A DNA stretch of 64,000 nt from contig JARGOE010000001.1 in NCBI GenBank assembly GCA_029210015.1, positions 5,804-69,803 on the forward strand. Direction: 5' to 3'. This document shows positions 1 to 10,192 of this stretch, piece by piece. The position numbers were made by a program, and so were the translations under genes. The notes under the pieces are model-generated. The model had not been told where the DNA came from. It did no database searches and worked only from the letters and a program-made list of their open reading frames with translations. The DNA comes from Vicingaceae bacterium. GTDB taxonomy: Bacteria; Bacteroidota; Bacteroidia; Flavobacteriales_E; Vicingaceae. How positions within the stretch are numbered: the first letter of the stretch is position 1; each line of letters starts with the position of its first letter.

Positions 1-1155
1 GGAGTAGAGTATTTTGTCGGTGCAGATTGTGTAGATTCTACTAAGGTAGATGAAGAAATTCTTGCTAAGATAAATATGGTTAAATATCCTGATGGAAGTT
101 CAAAAAGCATTTTAGGGCCTTACTCAACTTTGTTAGCATCTGAGATAGCAAAAGAGAAATTAAAATCACAAAGTGAAGAATGTGAAAATGTTGAGGTTTC
201 TGTTAATGATAATGGTATTGAAAAAACGTTTAAGCAATATTATGCCTCAGAGTATACGAAGACTGATTTTGTTGAACCTACTATTCACGATAAATTAACG
301 GGTAATGATACTATTGTTGATAATGACACAACTGATATTGATAACGCTGTTGATTTGGTTGAAAATAAAGATTTAGATTTAAAAGGTGATGATTTGTCAA
401 ATGCTTCAGATAAATCAATAACAGGCTTAAGTTTCAAAGTGGAGATTGCAGCTGTGAGTGATACTAATGATTTCAATTTACAACATCTTGAAAAGTATGG
501 TAAAATAACAGCTAAAACATATCCAGATGGAATTACTAGATACACCTTCGGACCATTTGCGACTTTAGATGATGCCGAAAAATTTAGGCAGGGCTTAATT
601 GAGCAAGAAGGTAAGCATGAAGATTCTTTTGTTACCGTATTTGTTTTTGGTCAAAGAAAAGTATTTAATGATTTACCTGAAAAACAAAAAGAAGATTTGA
701 TAAAAACTACACAGGAAATAAAAGATACAGTTGAGACTTCGCCAGATCCAATTATTACAAAAGGTCCTTGTGTAACTGAAATGAAAGATTTTTCTTGGTT
801 TGTTGGCAAGGATTTGAATGATAAAACTGTATATGGTAAGCTAATAGATATGGGGGGAAGTTCATGCTCTGAAGGGTTAGAGTTTAAGGTACAGATAGCA
901 GCATATAGATTTCCTAAAAACTATAAATGGAATCATTTAAAACAATATGGGGAGCCTTTGGTTTTAGATTATCCAGATGGTATAACAAGGTTTACGCAGG
1001 GTACATTTGTTACAATGAGGGAAGCTGAAGTTTTAAGACAAAAGATTATTAAGTCTGGGCAAAAAGACGCATGGATAACGCCATTTTACAATGGTAAAAG
1101 AATGCTCTTAGAGGAATTGATTGCGGTCAATTTTTATGGTAAGAGTGTGAACTAA
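1..1155 (+). CDS. Secreted protein with three SPOR-like repeat modules (5' end lies outside the window)
   Basis: Frame 1 is open from nt 1 with no stop before the ATG at 76, so the ORF is 5'-truncated. Three ~75-aa modules share the pattern F-x-V-x-I-A-A ... YPDG[IS][TS][RK] ... G[PT]F ... AE. Examples are 'GLSFKVEIAAV..YPDGITRYTFGPFATLDDAEKF' and 'GLEFKVQIAAY..YPDGITRFTQGTFVTMREAEVL'. A partial copy sits at the window start ('YFVGADCV..KYPDGSSKSILGPYSTLLASEIA'). The SPOR assignment rests on pattern memory only. Confidence 0.6.
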   Translation, partial: GVEYFVGADCVDSTKVDEEILAKINMVKYPDGSSKSILGPYSTLLASEIAKEKLKSQSEECENVEVSVNDNGIEKTFKQYYASEYTKTDFVEPTIHDKLTGNDTIVDNDTTDIDNAVDLVENKDLDLKGDDLSNASDKSITGLSFKVEIAAVSDTNDFNLQHLEKYGKITAKTYPDGITRYTFGPFATLDDAEKFRQGLIEQEGKHEDSFVTVFVFGQRKVFNDLPEKQKEDLIKTTQEIKDTVETSPDPIITKGPCVTEMKDFSWFVGKDLNDKTVYGKLIDMGGSSCSEGLEFKVQIAAYRFPKNYKWNHLKQYGEPLVLDYPDGITRFTQGTFVTMREAEVLRQKIIKSGQKDAWITPFYNGKRMLLEELIAVNFYGKSVN

Positions 1156-1160
1156 GAAAA

Positions 1161-1186
1161 GGGTCGCCTTCGGGCGGCCTTTTTTG
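1161..1186 (+). terminator. Rho-independent terminator
   Basis: Hairpin GGTCGCC-TTCG-GGCGGCC (one G.U pair) followed by a T-run, a few nt after the TAA at 1153-1155. Confidence 0.85.
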
Positions 1187-1259
1187 TTTAAATTGATTAA
1201 TCTTTAATCCTTTTCTATTTCGGTATAAAATTTGTAAACTTGCTTCATAAATTATTATT

Positions 1260-2456
1260 ATGAAAAATATTTTATTAGCGTCTCTAATATTAGTTTCTTT
1301 TGGCTTTGTTGCTCAAACTAATTTGGTAGAGAATCCACATTTTAAACAAACAGAAAAAAAAGTTAAAGGTAAGGGTCAGATTTCTGCTGCTGGACCATGG
1401 ACATCCCCAACTTTAGTTCAAGCAGATTTATATGTTACTAAAACAAAGGTTTATGATATTGGTATACCAGATAATTCTTATGGTGAGGAGAAACCAATGG
1501 AAAAAGAAGGTTACGCAGGAATTGTTGCCTTCAGTTATAAGAATAAAGAGCCAAGGAGTTATTTGCAAACTAAATTATCAAAAAAGTTAGAGGCTGGTAA
1601 GGAGTATTGTGTTACTTATCATGTTAGTTTAGCAGATTTATCAAAATATGCTTGTAATTATTTGGGTGTTGCTTTATCTGATAAAGCAATGACTGCAAAT
1701 AATTCTGAGGTACTTAGTTTTGATAATGCTATAGTGAGTCGGAGGTTGACTGTTTATGAGCAACAATTTTATTGGATACCAATTTGTGGAGTATATAAAG
1801 CAAAAGGTGGGGAAGAGTATTTAACTATAGGAAATTTTACGCCAGATGAGAAGTTAACATTGAAGAAAGTGAAACGGCCTAGAGGTTTTACTAAGCCTCA
1901 AATATATAACGCATATTACTATATTGATAATGTTTCTGTATTAGAGAATTCAGGTAAATGTGATTGTGATGTGATTGATGGTATGCAGAATGCAAAAACG
2001 GTTGAAAGAGATTTTAGTAGTGAAAAGAGTAATGAAGCAAAGAATGTGAAGATTATTAATACTGATGGTTCAACAGCAGGTACTGCTACTAATAAAGCTT
2101 TAGCTACAGCTGCTACTAGTGAGTCTTTAAATGGTATGGTTGTTAGTTTTGATCCTAAATCTTTTTCTATGCCTGCAGATGGTACGGCTAAATTAGATAA
2201 GTTGGTAACTTATTTAAAGGAGAATAAAGATGCAAAAATTATTGTTTCTGGTTATATTGATGCTTCTGAAGCTGATACTGAAAAACTTGATGGTAGAAGG
2301 GCTGGGACAGTTTATAAATATCTTGTTTCACAAGGTGTAGTTAAAGAAAGAATTGAAAGAGAGATTGGGGGAGATGTTGCAATAGATGAAAAAGATAAAT
2401 TAAAAAATATGAGAGTTGAAATCACTATTGTGGATTCTGACTCTGAAGAAGACTAA
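1260..2456 (+). CDS. OmpA-family peptidoglycan-binding outer-membrane protein
   Basis: Signal peptide MKNILLASLILVSFGFVAQ. C-terminal OmpA_C-like block 'VVSFDPKSFSMPADGTAKLDKLVTYLKENKDAKIIVSGYIDASE..RRAGTVYKYLVSQGV'. Confidence 0.75.
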   Translation: MKNILLASLILVSFGFVAQTNLVENPHFKQTEKKVKGKGQISAAGPWTSPTLVQADLYVTKTKVYDIGIPDNSYGEEKPMEKEGYAGIVAFSYKNKEPRSYLQTKLSKKLEAGKEYCVTYHVSLADLSKYACNYLGVALSDKAMTANNSEVLSFDNAIVSRRLTVYEQQFYWIPICGVYKAKGGEEYLTIGNFTPDEKLTLKKVKRPRGFTKPQIYNAYYYIDNVSVLENSGKCDCDVIDGMQNAKTVERDFSSEKSNEAKNVKIINTDGSTAGTATNKALATAATSESLNGMVVSFDPKSFSMPADGTAKLDKLVTYLKENKDAKIIVSGYIDASEADTEKLDGRRAGTVYKYLVSQGVVKERIEREIGGDVAIDEKDKLKNMRVEITIVDSDSEED

Positions 2457-2485
2457 GAGGAATAGTTTAAGAAAAAGTATTAATA

Positions 2486-2514
2486 AAAAGCTCTGTTTTT
2501 CAGAGCTTTTTTTT
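2486..2514 (+). terminator. Rho-independent terminator
   Basis: AGCTCTG-TTTTT-CAGAGCT hairpin flanked by an A-run and a long T-run, 30 nt after the stop. Confidence 0.85.
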
Positions 2515-2609
2515 ATGTTTTAGTTTTTGTTTCTAGTTTTCAACTATTTTTTTAGGGGTTGTTAATAAAAAAATGTTAAAATATAGTAATCACCCCCCTT
2601 GAATATCTC

Positions 2610-2617
2610 TATTTTTG
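2610..2617 (+). promoter_or_regulatory. Candidate Bacteroidota -7 promoter box (TATTTTTG) upstream of the glutamine synthetase gene
   Basis: Exact match to TAnnTTTG, 37 nt upstream of the ATG at 2654. No well-spaced -33 TTTG was seen. Confidence 0.3.
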
Positions 2618-2653
2618 CTAAAAAATATAAAAATCAAATTTAAACCTTAAAAA

Positions 2654-4840
2654 ATGTCAACTATTAGATTTAAAGCTTTAGAAGATGTATTGGAAAGACA
2701 GCCAAAGCATGTTGAATTTCCTTCAGATAAAGCTTCTAATTATTATGCTACTAATGTTTTTTCTCAAGAAACAATGAGGGAGTATCTTCCAAAAGAAGCT
2801 TACCAAAGTGTTATGGCTTCAATTGATAAAGGAGCAAGGTTGGATAGAGAGATGGCTAATCAAGTAGCATCATCAATGAAAGATTGGGCTATTAATAAAG
2901 GAGCTTCACATTATACGCATTGGTTTCAGCCTCTAACAGGAACAACAGCTGAAAAACATGATTCATTCTTTAGCCCGATTAGTGGAGGTAGAGCTATTGA
3001 AAAGTTTGATGGAGAAAATTTAGTTCAACAAGAACCTGACGCATCTAGTTTTCCAAATGGTGGTATTAGAAATACATTTGAAGCTAGGGGTTATACTGCT
3101 TGGGATCCAACTTCACCAGCATTTGTTATTGGAAAAACGTTATGTATACCTACAGTTTTTATTGCTTATACTGGAGAGGCTTTAGATTTTAAAATTCCTT
3201 TATTAAAAGCGTTGCAAGCAGTTGATCATGCTGCAACAGATGTTTGTCAGTATTTTGATAAAAATATTATTAAAGTTAGTGCTAGTTTAGGTTGGGAACA
3301 AGAATATTTTTTAATAGATAAAGCATTATATAATGCAAGGCCTGACATTATGATGACAGGTAGAGCTTTAGTGGGGCATAATCCTGCAAAAGGACAGCAA
3401 TTAGATGATCATTATTTTGGTTCTATCCCAGATAGAGCAGTTGCTTTCATGAAAGAATATGAAATAGAAGCTCATAAGCTTGGGATTCCTGTTACAACTC
3501 GTCATAATGAGGTGGCACCTAATCAATTTGAATGTGCTCCAATGTTTGAGGAAGCTAACTTGGCAAACGACCACAATTTATTATTAATGGATTTGATGGA
3601 AAAGATTGCCCGTAAACATGATTTTCGAGTTTTATTGCATGAAAAACCATATGGAACATTAAATGGTTCAGGTAAGCATAATAATTGGTCGTTAGGAACA
3701 AATACAGGTGTGAATTTATTGGCTCCTGGAAAAAACCCTAAGACAAACCTTAGGTTTTTAACATTTTTTGTAAATACAATTAAGGCTATTTATGATAATG
3801 CTGATATTTTAAGAGCAAGTATTGCTTCTGCAGGTAATGATCATAGATTGGGGGCGAATGAGGCTCCTCCAGCTATTATTTCAGTATTTATAGGTTCTCA
3901 ACTAACAAAAATGTTAGATGATTTAGAAAAAAGTATTGGAGCTGGTAAATTAACACCTGAAGATAAAACTGAATTAAAGTTAAGTATTGGGAAAATACCT
4001 CAAATTTTATTAGACAATACAGATAGAAATAGAACTTCCCCGTTTGCATTTACAGGTAATAAGTTTGAATTCAGAGCGGTTGGTTCTGCAGCAAATTGTG
4101 CTAGCGCAATGATAGCTTTGAATGTTATTGTCGCTAAACAACTACAAGAGTTTAAAAAATCTGTTGATACTCGAATTAATAAAGGGGTTAAAAAGGATGA
4201 AGCGATATTAAAAGAGCTTCAAAAACTCATAAAAGAATCAAAAGATATTCGTTTTGAAGGGAATGGTTATGGAGAAGAATGGGTCAAAGAGGCTGCAAAG
4301 AGAGGATTGTCTAATTTAAAAGATACTCCTAGTGCGCTTAAAGTAATGATAGATAAGAATACTAAAAAAATATTTGGTGATTTGGGTGTGTTATCTGAAG
4401 TAGAACTTGATGCAAGATATGAGATTGAATTAGAGAATTATATAATGAAGTTGCAAATAGAGTCTAGAGTTCTGGGTGATATAGCTCAAAACCACATTAT
4501 TCCTACTGCTATAAAGTATCAAAACACTATTATATCAAATGTTAAAGGTTTGACTGATATTTTTGGAAAAAATTTGAAGTCATTAGCCTCTTCTCAGCAA
4601 GAAATTTTAATAGAAATTTCAGGGCATCTAAATGAGATTAGGGTTAATTCTAAAAAGATGTTGGAAGAAAGAAGGAAGGCAAATAAATTAAGTGATTCGG
4701 AAAAAATGGCGTTTGCATATTGTAATAATGTAAAGCCTTATTTTGATGTCATAAAATATCATTCTGATAAGTTAGAATTATTAATTGATGATGAGTTGTG
4801 GCCATTACCAAAACTAAGAGAATTGTTGTTTACTAGGTAG
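2654..4840 (+). CDS. glnN: Glutamine synthetase, type III
   Basis: 728 aa, the size class of GSIII. GS catalytic motifs 'RHNEVAPNQFECAPMFE' and 'HEKPYGTLNGSGKHNNWSL'. The N-terminus is typical of Bacteroidota GSIII. Confidence 0.9.
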   Translation: MSTIRFKALEDVLERQPKHVEFPSDKASNYYATNVFSQETMREYLPKEAYQSVMASIDKGARLDREMANQVASSMKDWAINKGASHYTHWFQPLTGTTAEKHDSFFSPISGGRAIEKFDGENLVQQEPDASSFPNGGIRNTFEARGYTAWDPTSPAFVIGKTLCIPTVFIAYTGEALDFKIPLLKALQAVDHAATDVCQYFDKNIIKVSASLGWEQEYFLIDKALYNARPDIMMTGRALVGHNPAKGQQLDDHYFGSIPDRAVAFMKEYEIEAHKLGIPVTTRHNEVAPNQFECAPMFEEANLANDHNLLLMDLMEKIARKHDFRVLLHEKPYGTLNGSGKHNNWSLGTNTGVNLLAPGKNPKTNLRFLTFFVNTIKAIYDNADILRASIASAGNDHRLGANEAPPAIISVFIGSQLTKMLDDLEKSIGAGKLTPEDKTELKLSIGKIPQILLDNTDRNRTSPFAFTGNKFEFRAVGSAANCASAMIALNVIVAKQLQEFKKSVDTRINKGVKKDEAILKELQKLIKESKDIRFEGNGYGEEWVKEAAKRGLSNLKDTPSALKVMIDKNTKKIFGDLGVLSEVELDARYEIELENYIMKLQIESRVLGDIAQNHIIPTAIKYQNTIISNVKGLTDIFGKNLKSLASSQQEILIEISGHLNEIRVNSKKMLEERRKANKLSDSEKMAFAYCNNVKPYFDVIKYHSDKLELLIDDELWPLPKLRELLFTR

Positions 4841-4865
4841 TTGGTCTACAGAAACCGAATTTTAG

Positions 4866-4898
4866 TCCCTCTAAATTTAATGTTTAGAGGGATTTTTT
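4866..4898 (+). terminator. Rho-independent terminator
   Basis: TCCCTCTAAA ... TTTAGAGGGA hairpin followed by TTTTTT. Confidence 0.85.
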
Positions 4899-4986
4899 AT
4901 GTGAATTATTTGTGAAATATACTTTGATTTATTGAAAAGATTTTTTTACTTTAGCGGCTATTCAAAGGATAAACTAACTTTTTGAT

Positions 4987-6993
4987 ATGAAAATATTTAG
5001 ATTAATTGGCGTATTTGCCTTAGTAACAGTGCTTAGCTTATCTGCTAATGCTCAAAAGAATTACAAGCAAGAGGCGGATGTTGCATTTGGCGGAAGTAAA
5101 TATTACAAGGCTATTGAAATGTATAAGAAAGCTTATACAAAAGAAACTAAAAAAGAGATTAAAGCTCAAATTTTATTTCAAATAGGAGAATGTTACAATG
5201 GTAAAAATGATGGCAAACAAGCGGCAGTTTGGTATAATAAAGCTATAAAAGCTTTGTATGAAGACCCAATTGCTATTTTTCATGTTGCTGAAATTTATCG
5301 TGCTGAAGGAAAGTACGAGGAGGCTATGACTGAATATAAAAAGTATAAAGCTGCTAATCCAAGTGATAAAAGAGCTGATATTGGAATAAAGTCTTGTGAA
5401 TTAGCTAAAGAATGGAAAGATAATCCGACAAGAACTGTCGTTAATCCAATGCCTTTATTAAATTCTGAAGATTATGATTTTTCTCCTGTATTTGCAGATA
5501 AGAAAAATATGGAACTATATTTTACTTCAACTCGTCAAGGTTCTGCTGGTTCTGAAGTTTCTGATGTGACAGGGATGAATTTTTCAGATATATATACTAC
5601 TAAAAGAGATAAAAAAGGAAAATGGAGTGAGCCAACTGTATTAAATGAGACAGTAAATTCTCCTGCTTCTGAAGGAGCATCATGCTTAAATAAAAAAAGA
5701 AATATGATTTTCTTTACAAGATGTGGTGTTGAAGAAAAAGGTGTGATGGGTTGTAGTATTATGTGGGCTAAGAAAGCTGGTCAAAAATGGGGTGAACCTG
5801 AAGCTATACCAATTGCTGCAGATACTTTTGCTGTTGGTCATCCTGCAATTTCAGCTGATGATAATACCTTAGTTTTTGCTTCTGATATGCCAGGTGGGCA
5901 AGGTGGTAAAGACTTATGGTATGTAACTTATAATAAAAAAGCTAAAACTTGGTCTGAACCAACTAACTTGGGTTCTGAAATTAATACTCCTGGAGATGAA
6001 ATGTTTCCTTTTATTAGAGAAAATGGAGAATTATATTTTTCTTCAAATGGAAGAGAAGGTATGGGAGGGCTAGATATTTTTAGTGCTGCAAGCGCTGGAG
6101 TTAATCAATGGAGTGGAGTAGAAAATGCTAAAGCTCCATTAAATTCTTCTGCTCATGATTTCGGTATTGTATTTGAACCTGGTCAAGAAAGAGGGTTCTT
6201 TACTACGAGTAGAGAAGGTGGTAAAGGTGGAGATGATATTTGGGAATTTTACTTGCCTCCAAAATTATTTACACTTTTAGTTAAAGTAAAGGATAAGGTT
6301 ACTGATGAATTATTAGTAAACGCTAAAATTAAATTAGTTGGTACTGATGGAAGTTCTGTAGAAGGTATTACTAATGAAAATGGCGAATATCTATTCGAAA
6401 TCAACGGAACAGAAAGATATATTAAAGAAGAAACATCTTATTCTTTAGTTGTAAGTAAGCAAAAATACTTAAATGCAAAAGGGAAAGAAACTACAGTTGG
6501 TTTAACTGAATCTAGAAATTTTGTACATGAATATGTATTACAACCAGTTGAAAATACTGTTATTAAGTTACCATTAATTGAGTATGCTTATAATAAAGCT
6601 GATTTGAGACCTAATTCTAAAGATTCTCTTAATTACTTATATAATATATTAATAGAGAATCCACAGATTACTATTCAATTACGTTCTCATACAGATTTTA
6701 GAGGGTCTGCTAGTTATAACCAAAAATTATCTCAACGTAGAGCTCAATCTTGTGTGGATTACCTTGTAAAAGAAAAAGGTATTGCAGCAGATAGAATCAC
6801 TGCAAAAGGTATGGGTGAAAATGAGCCAATTAAAGGTGCTGACGGTACTGTTTTATCAGAAAAGTATATTAAAGCTTTAAAATCTAAAGAAGAAGTTGAA
6901 GCAGCACACCAACGAAATAGACGTACTGACTTTAAAGTGTTAAGAACTGATTACGTTCCTAAAACTCCTGCTCCTACGGAAGGAGAGCAATAG
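4987..6993 (+). CDS. TPR / PD40 (TolB-like beta-propeller) / OmpA-domain outer-membrane protein
   Basis: Signal peptide. N-terminal TPR-like helices ('YYKAIEMYKKAY','EEAMTEYKKYKAANP'). Repeated 'FSPVF..D...LYFTS.R' PD40-like units. A CarboxypepD_reg-like segment ('LLVKVKDKVTDELLVNAKIKLVGTDGS..NENGEYLF'). C-terminal OmpA_C ('IQLRSHTDFRGSASYNQKLSQRRAQSCVDYLV'). Confidence 0.85.
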   Translation: MKIFRLIGVFALVTVLSLSANAQKNYKQEADVAFGGSKYYKAIEMYKKAYTKETKKEIKAQILFQIGECYNGKNDGKQAAVWYNKAIKALYEDPIAIFHVAEIYRAEGKYEEAMTEYKKYKAANPSDKRADIGIKSCELAKEWKDNPTRTVVNPMPLLNSEDYDFSPVFADKKNMELYFTSTRQGSAGSEVSDVTGMNFSDIYTTKRDKKGKWSEPTVLNETVNSPASEGASCLNKKRNMIFFTRCGVEEKGVMGCSIMWAKKAGQKWGEPEAIPIAADTFAVGHPAISADDNTLVFASDMPGGQGGKDLWYVTYNKKAKTWSEPTNLGSEINTPGDEMFPFIRENGELYFSSNGREGMGGLDIFSAASAGVNQWSGVENAKAPLNSSAHDFGIVFEPGQERGFFTTSREGGKGGDDIWEFYLPPKLFTLLVKVKDKVTDELLVNAKIKLVGTDGSSVEGITNENGEYLFEINGTERYIKEETSYSLVVSKQKYLNAKGKETTVGLTESRNFVHEYVLQPVENTVIKLPLIEYAYNKADLRPNSKDSLNYLYNILIENPQITIQLRSHTDFRGSASYNQKLSQRRAQSCVDYLVKEKGIAADRITAKGMGENEPIKGADGTVLSEKYIKALKSKEEVEAAHQRNRRTDFKVLRTDYVPKTPAPTEGEQ

Positions 6994-7011
6994 CTTTAAA
7001 TATAATATAAA

Positions 7012-7043
7012 AGTCCCGAAAATATTATTTCGGGACTTTTTTT
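7012..7043 (+). terminator. Rho-independent terminator
   Basis: AGTCCCGAAA ... TTTCGGGACT hairpin followed by TTTTTTT. Confidence 0.9.
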
Positions 7044-7096
7044 ATACCCTAAAACGAACTAGAATTGTAACTTTACAGCTCTATTTAAAAAGTAAA

Positions 7097-8269
7097 ATGA
7101 GTCAATCAGAAAGATATATGCAAAGAGGCGTCTCTGCCGATAAAGAAGATGTGCATAACGCAATTAAAAACATTGATAAAGGGTTATATCCTAAAGCATT
7201 TTGTAAAATTATTCCTGATATATTAACAGGAAGTGATAAGCATTGCGTTGTAATGCATGCCGATGGCGCAGGAACTAAATCTTCTTTAGCTTATGCTTAT
7301 TGGAAAGAAACTGGTGATGTTTCTGTATGGAAAGGAATAGCTCAAGATGCATTAATTATGAATATTGATGATTTGTTGTGTGTAGGAGCAGTTGATAATA
7401 TTCTATTATCATCTACAATTGGAAGAAATAAAAACTTAATTACAGGAGAAGTATTAGGTGCAATTATAAATGGTACAGAAGAATTGCTTGCTGACTTAAG
7501 AGAACAAGGAATTGGTATTTATTCAACAGGTGGTGAAACAGCAGATGTTGGAGATTTAGTTAGAACTATTATTGTTGATTCTACTGTTACATGTAGAATG
7601 AAAAGAGAAGACGTAGTTAATAACGCAAATATTGCTGTAGGAGATGTTATTGTTGGTTTAGAATCTTTTGGTCAAGCAACTTACGAGACAGATTATAATG
7701 GAGGAATGGGAAGTAATGGGTTAACTTCTGCAAGACACGATGTGTTTAATAAATCTGTTGCTGAAAAATATCCTCAAACTTATGATAATGCAGTCCCAAG
7801 CGATTTAGTATACTCAGGAAATTTTGGGTTGACAGATAGTGTTGATGGAGTTGATATCGATGCAGGGAAACTAGTATTATCTCCAACTAGAACTTATGCG
7901 CCAATTATTAAACAAATTTTGGATAAACACAGAAAGAATATTCATGGTATGGTTCATTGTAGTGGAGGAGCTCAAACTAAAATTTTACATTTTGTAGAAA
8001 ATTTACAAATAGTAAAAGACAATATGTTTGATGTGCCACCATTATTTAAAATGATACATGAACAATCTGGTACTGATTGGAAAGAAATGTATAAGGTATT
8101 TAATATGGGGCACCGTATGGAATTATATGTCCCTCAAGAAATTGCAGAAGATATAATTTCTATTTCTAAATCATTTAACGTTGATGCCAAAATTGTAGGT
8201 AGGGTTGAATCAGAAGGGGCTAAACAATTAACCATAAAAAGTGAATACGGAGAGTTTATTTATAACTAA
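7097..8269 (+). CDS. purM: Phosphoribosylformylglycinamidine cyclo-ligase (AIR synthase), long Bacteroidota type
   Basis: AIR-synthase-type motifs 'MHADGAGTKS' and 'STGGETADVGD'. The N-terminus 'RYMQRGVSADKEDVHNAIKNIDKGLYPKAFCKI' is typical of the ~390-aa PurM form. Confidence 0.8.
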   Translation: MSQSERYMQRGVSADKEDVHNAIKNIDKGLYPKAFCKIIPDILTGSDKHCVVMHADGAGTKSSLAYAYWKETGDVSVWKGIAQDALIMNIDDLLCVGAVDNILLSSTIGRNKNLITGEVLGAIINGTEELLADLREQGIGIYSTGGETADVGDLVRTIIVDSTVTCRMKREDVVNNANIAVGDVIVGLESFGQATYETDYNGGMGSNGLTSARHDVFNKSVAEKYPQTYDNAVPSDLVYSGNFGLTDSVDGVDIDAGKLVLSPTRTYAPIIKQILDKHRKNIHGMVHCSGGAQTKILHFVENLQIVKDNMFDVPPLFKMIHEQSGTDWKEMYKVFNMGHRMELYVPQEIAEDIISISKSFNVDAKIVGRVESEGAKQLTIKSEYGEFIYN

Positions 8270-8274
8270 GAGGT

Positions 8275-9354
8275 ATGAGTAGTTTATTAAAAAAATTAGA
8301 AGGAATAAATATTAGATATGATCAGGTTAGCGAACAAATCGTTGATCCTGAAGTAATATCTGATATGGATAGATATGTGAAATTGAATAAAGAGTACAAG
8401 GAACTTGGTGAGATAGTAGAGGTTTATAAAAAGTACAGGGATGTATTAGATAATATAGAATCATCTAAAGAAATTATTGCAAACGAAACAGATAAAGAGT
8501 TTGTGGATATGGCAAAAATGGAATTGGATGAGTTACTCCCTCAGAAAGAACAAATGGATGAGGAAATAAAAGTAATGTTGATTCCTAAAGATGAAGAAGA
8601 TAGTAAGAATGTTATTATTGAAATAAGAGCTGGTACTGGTGGAGATGAGGCAAGTATTTTTGTTGGAGATTTATTCAAGATGTATCAAAGATATCTGGAG
8701 AAAAAAGGTTGGAAAATCGATATAATGACAGTAAATGAAGGGACTGCAGGAGGGTTTAAAGAAATAGGGTTTAGTGTTGAAGGTGAGAATGTTTATGGTG
8801 TGTTAAAATTTGAATCTGGAGTACATCGTGTTCAGCGAGTACCACAAACTGAATCTCAAGGAAGGGTTCATACTTCTGCGGTAACAGTTGCCGTTTTACC
8901 TGAAGCAGAAGAGGTTGATATAGAGATTAGAAAAGATGACATTAGAAAAGATACTTTTAGGTCTTCAGGTGCAGGTGGTCAGCACGTAAATAAAACAGAA
9001 TCTGCCGTAAGGTTAACTCATATTCCAACTAATACTGTAGTTGAGTGCCAAGATGGTCGTTCTCAGATTAAGAATTATGATAAAGCAATGAAAGTATTAC
9101 GTTCTAGGTTGTATGAAGCTGAGGTGATTAAAAAGGAGCAAGAGAGAGCTAAAGAAAGAAAATCACAAGTATCTACTGGAGATAGATCAGCTAAAATTAG
9201 AACGTATAATTATCCACAAGGAAGAGTTACTGATCATAGAATTGGATTAACCCTTTATAACCTAGATGGTATTATTGGTGGAGATTTGGATGAAGTAGTA
9301 GATTCATTAAAAATTGCTGAAAATGCAGAAAAATTGCAAGCAGGTATAGAATAA
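8275..9354 (+). CDS. prfA: Peptide chain release factor 1
   Basis: GGQ motif 'SSGAGGQHVNKTESAVRLTHIPT'. The P-x-T recognition tripeptide ('RVPQTESQGR') marks it as RF1 type. No internal frameshift. Confidence 0.95.
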   Translation: MSSLLKKLEGINIRYDQVSEQIVDPEVISDMDRYVKLNKEYKELGEIVEVYKKYRDVLDNIESSKEIIANETDKEFVDMAKMELDELLPQKEQMDEEIKVMLIPKDEEDSKNVIIEIRAGTGGDEASIFVGDLFKMYQRYLEKKGWKIDIMTVNEGTAGGFKEIGFSVEGENVYGVLKFESGVHRVQRVPQTESQGRVHTSAVTVAVLPEAEEVDIEIRKDDIRKDTFRSSGAGGQHVNKTESAVRLTHIPTNTVVECQDGRSQIKNYDKAMKVLRSRLYEAEVIKKEQERAKERKSQVSTGDRSAKIRTYNYPQGRVTDHRIGLTLYNLDGIIGGDLDEVVDSLKIAENAEKLQAGIE

Positions 9355-9360
9355 ATATAA

Positions 9361-10173
9361 ATGACAAAACAAGAGTTATTCAATCAAATAAAACAAAAAC
9401 AATCGTTTTTGTGTGTTGGTTTAGATGCTGACATAAATAAAATTCCTAAACATTTATTACAAGAAGAAGATCCAATTTTTGAGTTCAACAAACAGATTAT
9501 TGATGTTACTAAAGATTTGTGTGTAGCATACAAGCCAAATACAGCTTTTTATGAAAGCTTAGGAGCTAAAGGGTGGGAATCATTACAAAAAACAGTTGAT
9601 TATATTCCTGATGATATTTTTACTATAGCAGATGCTAAACGTGGAGACATTGGGAACACTTCTAAAATGTATGCCAGTGCATTTTTTGATAATATGAATT
9701 TTGATTCAGTAACTGTTGCTCCATATATGGGAGAAGATTCTGTTAAACCATTTTTAGAGTTTGATAATAAATGGGTAATACTTTTAGCTTTAACGTCAAA
9801 TAAAGGGGCTGATGATTTTCAGTTTTTTACAGATGGAAGTGATAAGCTATTTGAAAGAGTTTTAACTAAATCGAAAGAGTGGGGGACGGATGAAAATTTA
9901 ATGTATGTAGTAGGTGCAACTCGTCCTGAAATGTTTGTTGAAATAAGAAAACATGTGCCAAATAATTTCTTGTTAGTGCCTGGAGTTGGTGCGCAAGGGG
10001 GTGAATTGAGTGAGGTTTGTAAGTATGGAATGACTAAGGATTGTGGCTTATTAGTTAATTCTTCACGAGGAATTATTTACGCTGGTAATGATGAAAATTT
10101 CGCAGAAGCTGCTCGTAATTCAGCTTTGAAAATTCAAAAAGAAATGAGTATCTTGTTAGAGAAAATTAATTAA
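9361..10173 (+). CDS. pyrF: Orotidine 5'-phosphate decarboxylase (type 2)
   Basis: Active-site motif '[13 protein letters not shown]', 270 aa. Confidence 0.9.
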   Translation: MTKQELFNQIKQKQSFLCVGLDADINKIPKHLLQEEDPIFEFNKQIIDVTKDLCVAYKPNTAFYESLGAKGWESLQKTVDYIPDDIFTIADAKRGDIGNTSKMYASAFFDNMNFDSVTVAPYMGEDSVKPFLEFDNKWVILLALTSNKGADDFQFFTDGSDKLFERVLTKSKEWGTDENLMYVVGATRPEMFVEIRKHVPNNFLLVPGVGAQGGELSEVCKYGMTKDCGLLVNSSRGIIYAGNDENFAEAARNSALKIQKEMSILLEKIN

Positions 10174-10192
10174 TGGTTAAAAATATTAAGAT

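Noticed and set aside
2457-2653. A possible riboswitch or leader RNA in the 197-bp region upstream of the glutamine synthetase gene.
   Set aside because: Apart from the upstream gene's terminator and one -7-like box, I see no extended conserved-looking helices. The region is AT-rich and of low complexity. This cannot be excluded without a covariance-model search.
8275-9354. A programmed +1 frameshift, as in prfB.
   Set aside because: The protein has the RF1-type P-x-T motif and a single uninterrupted ORF.
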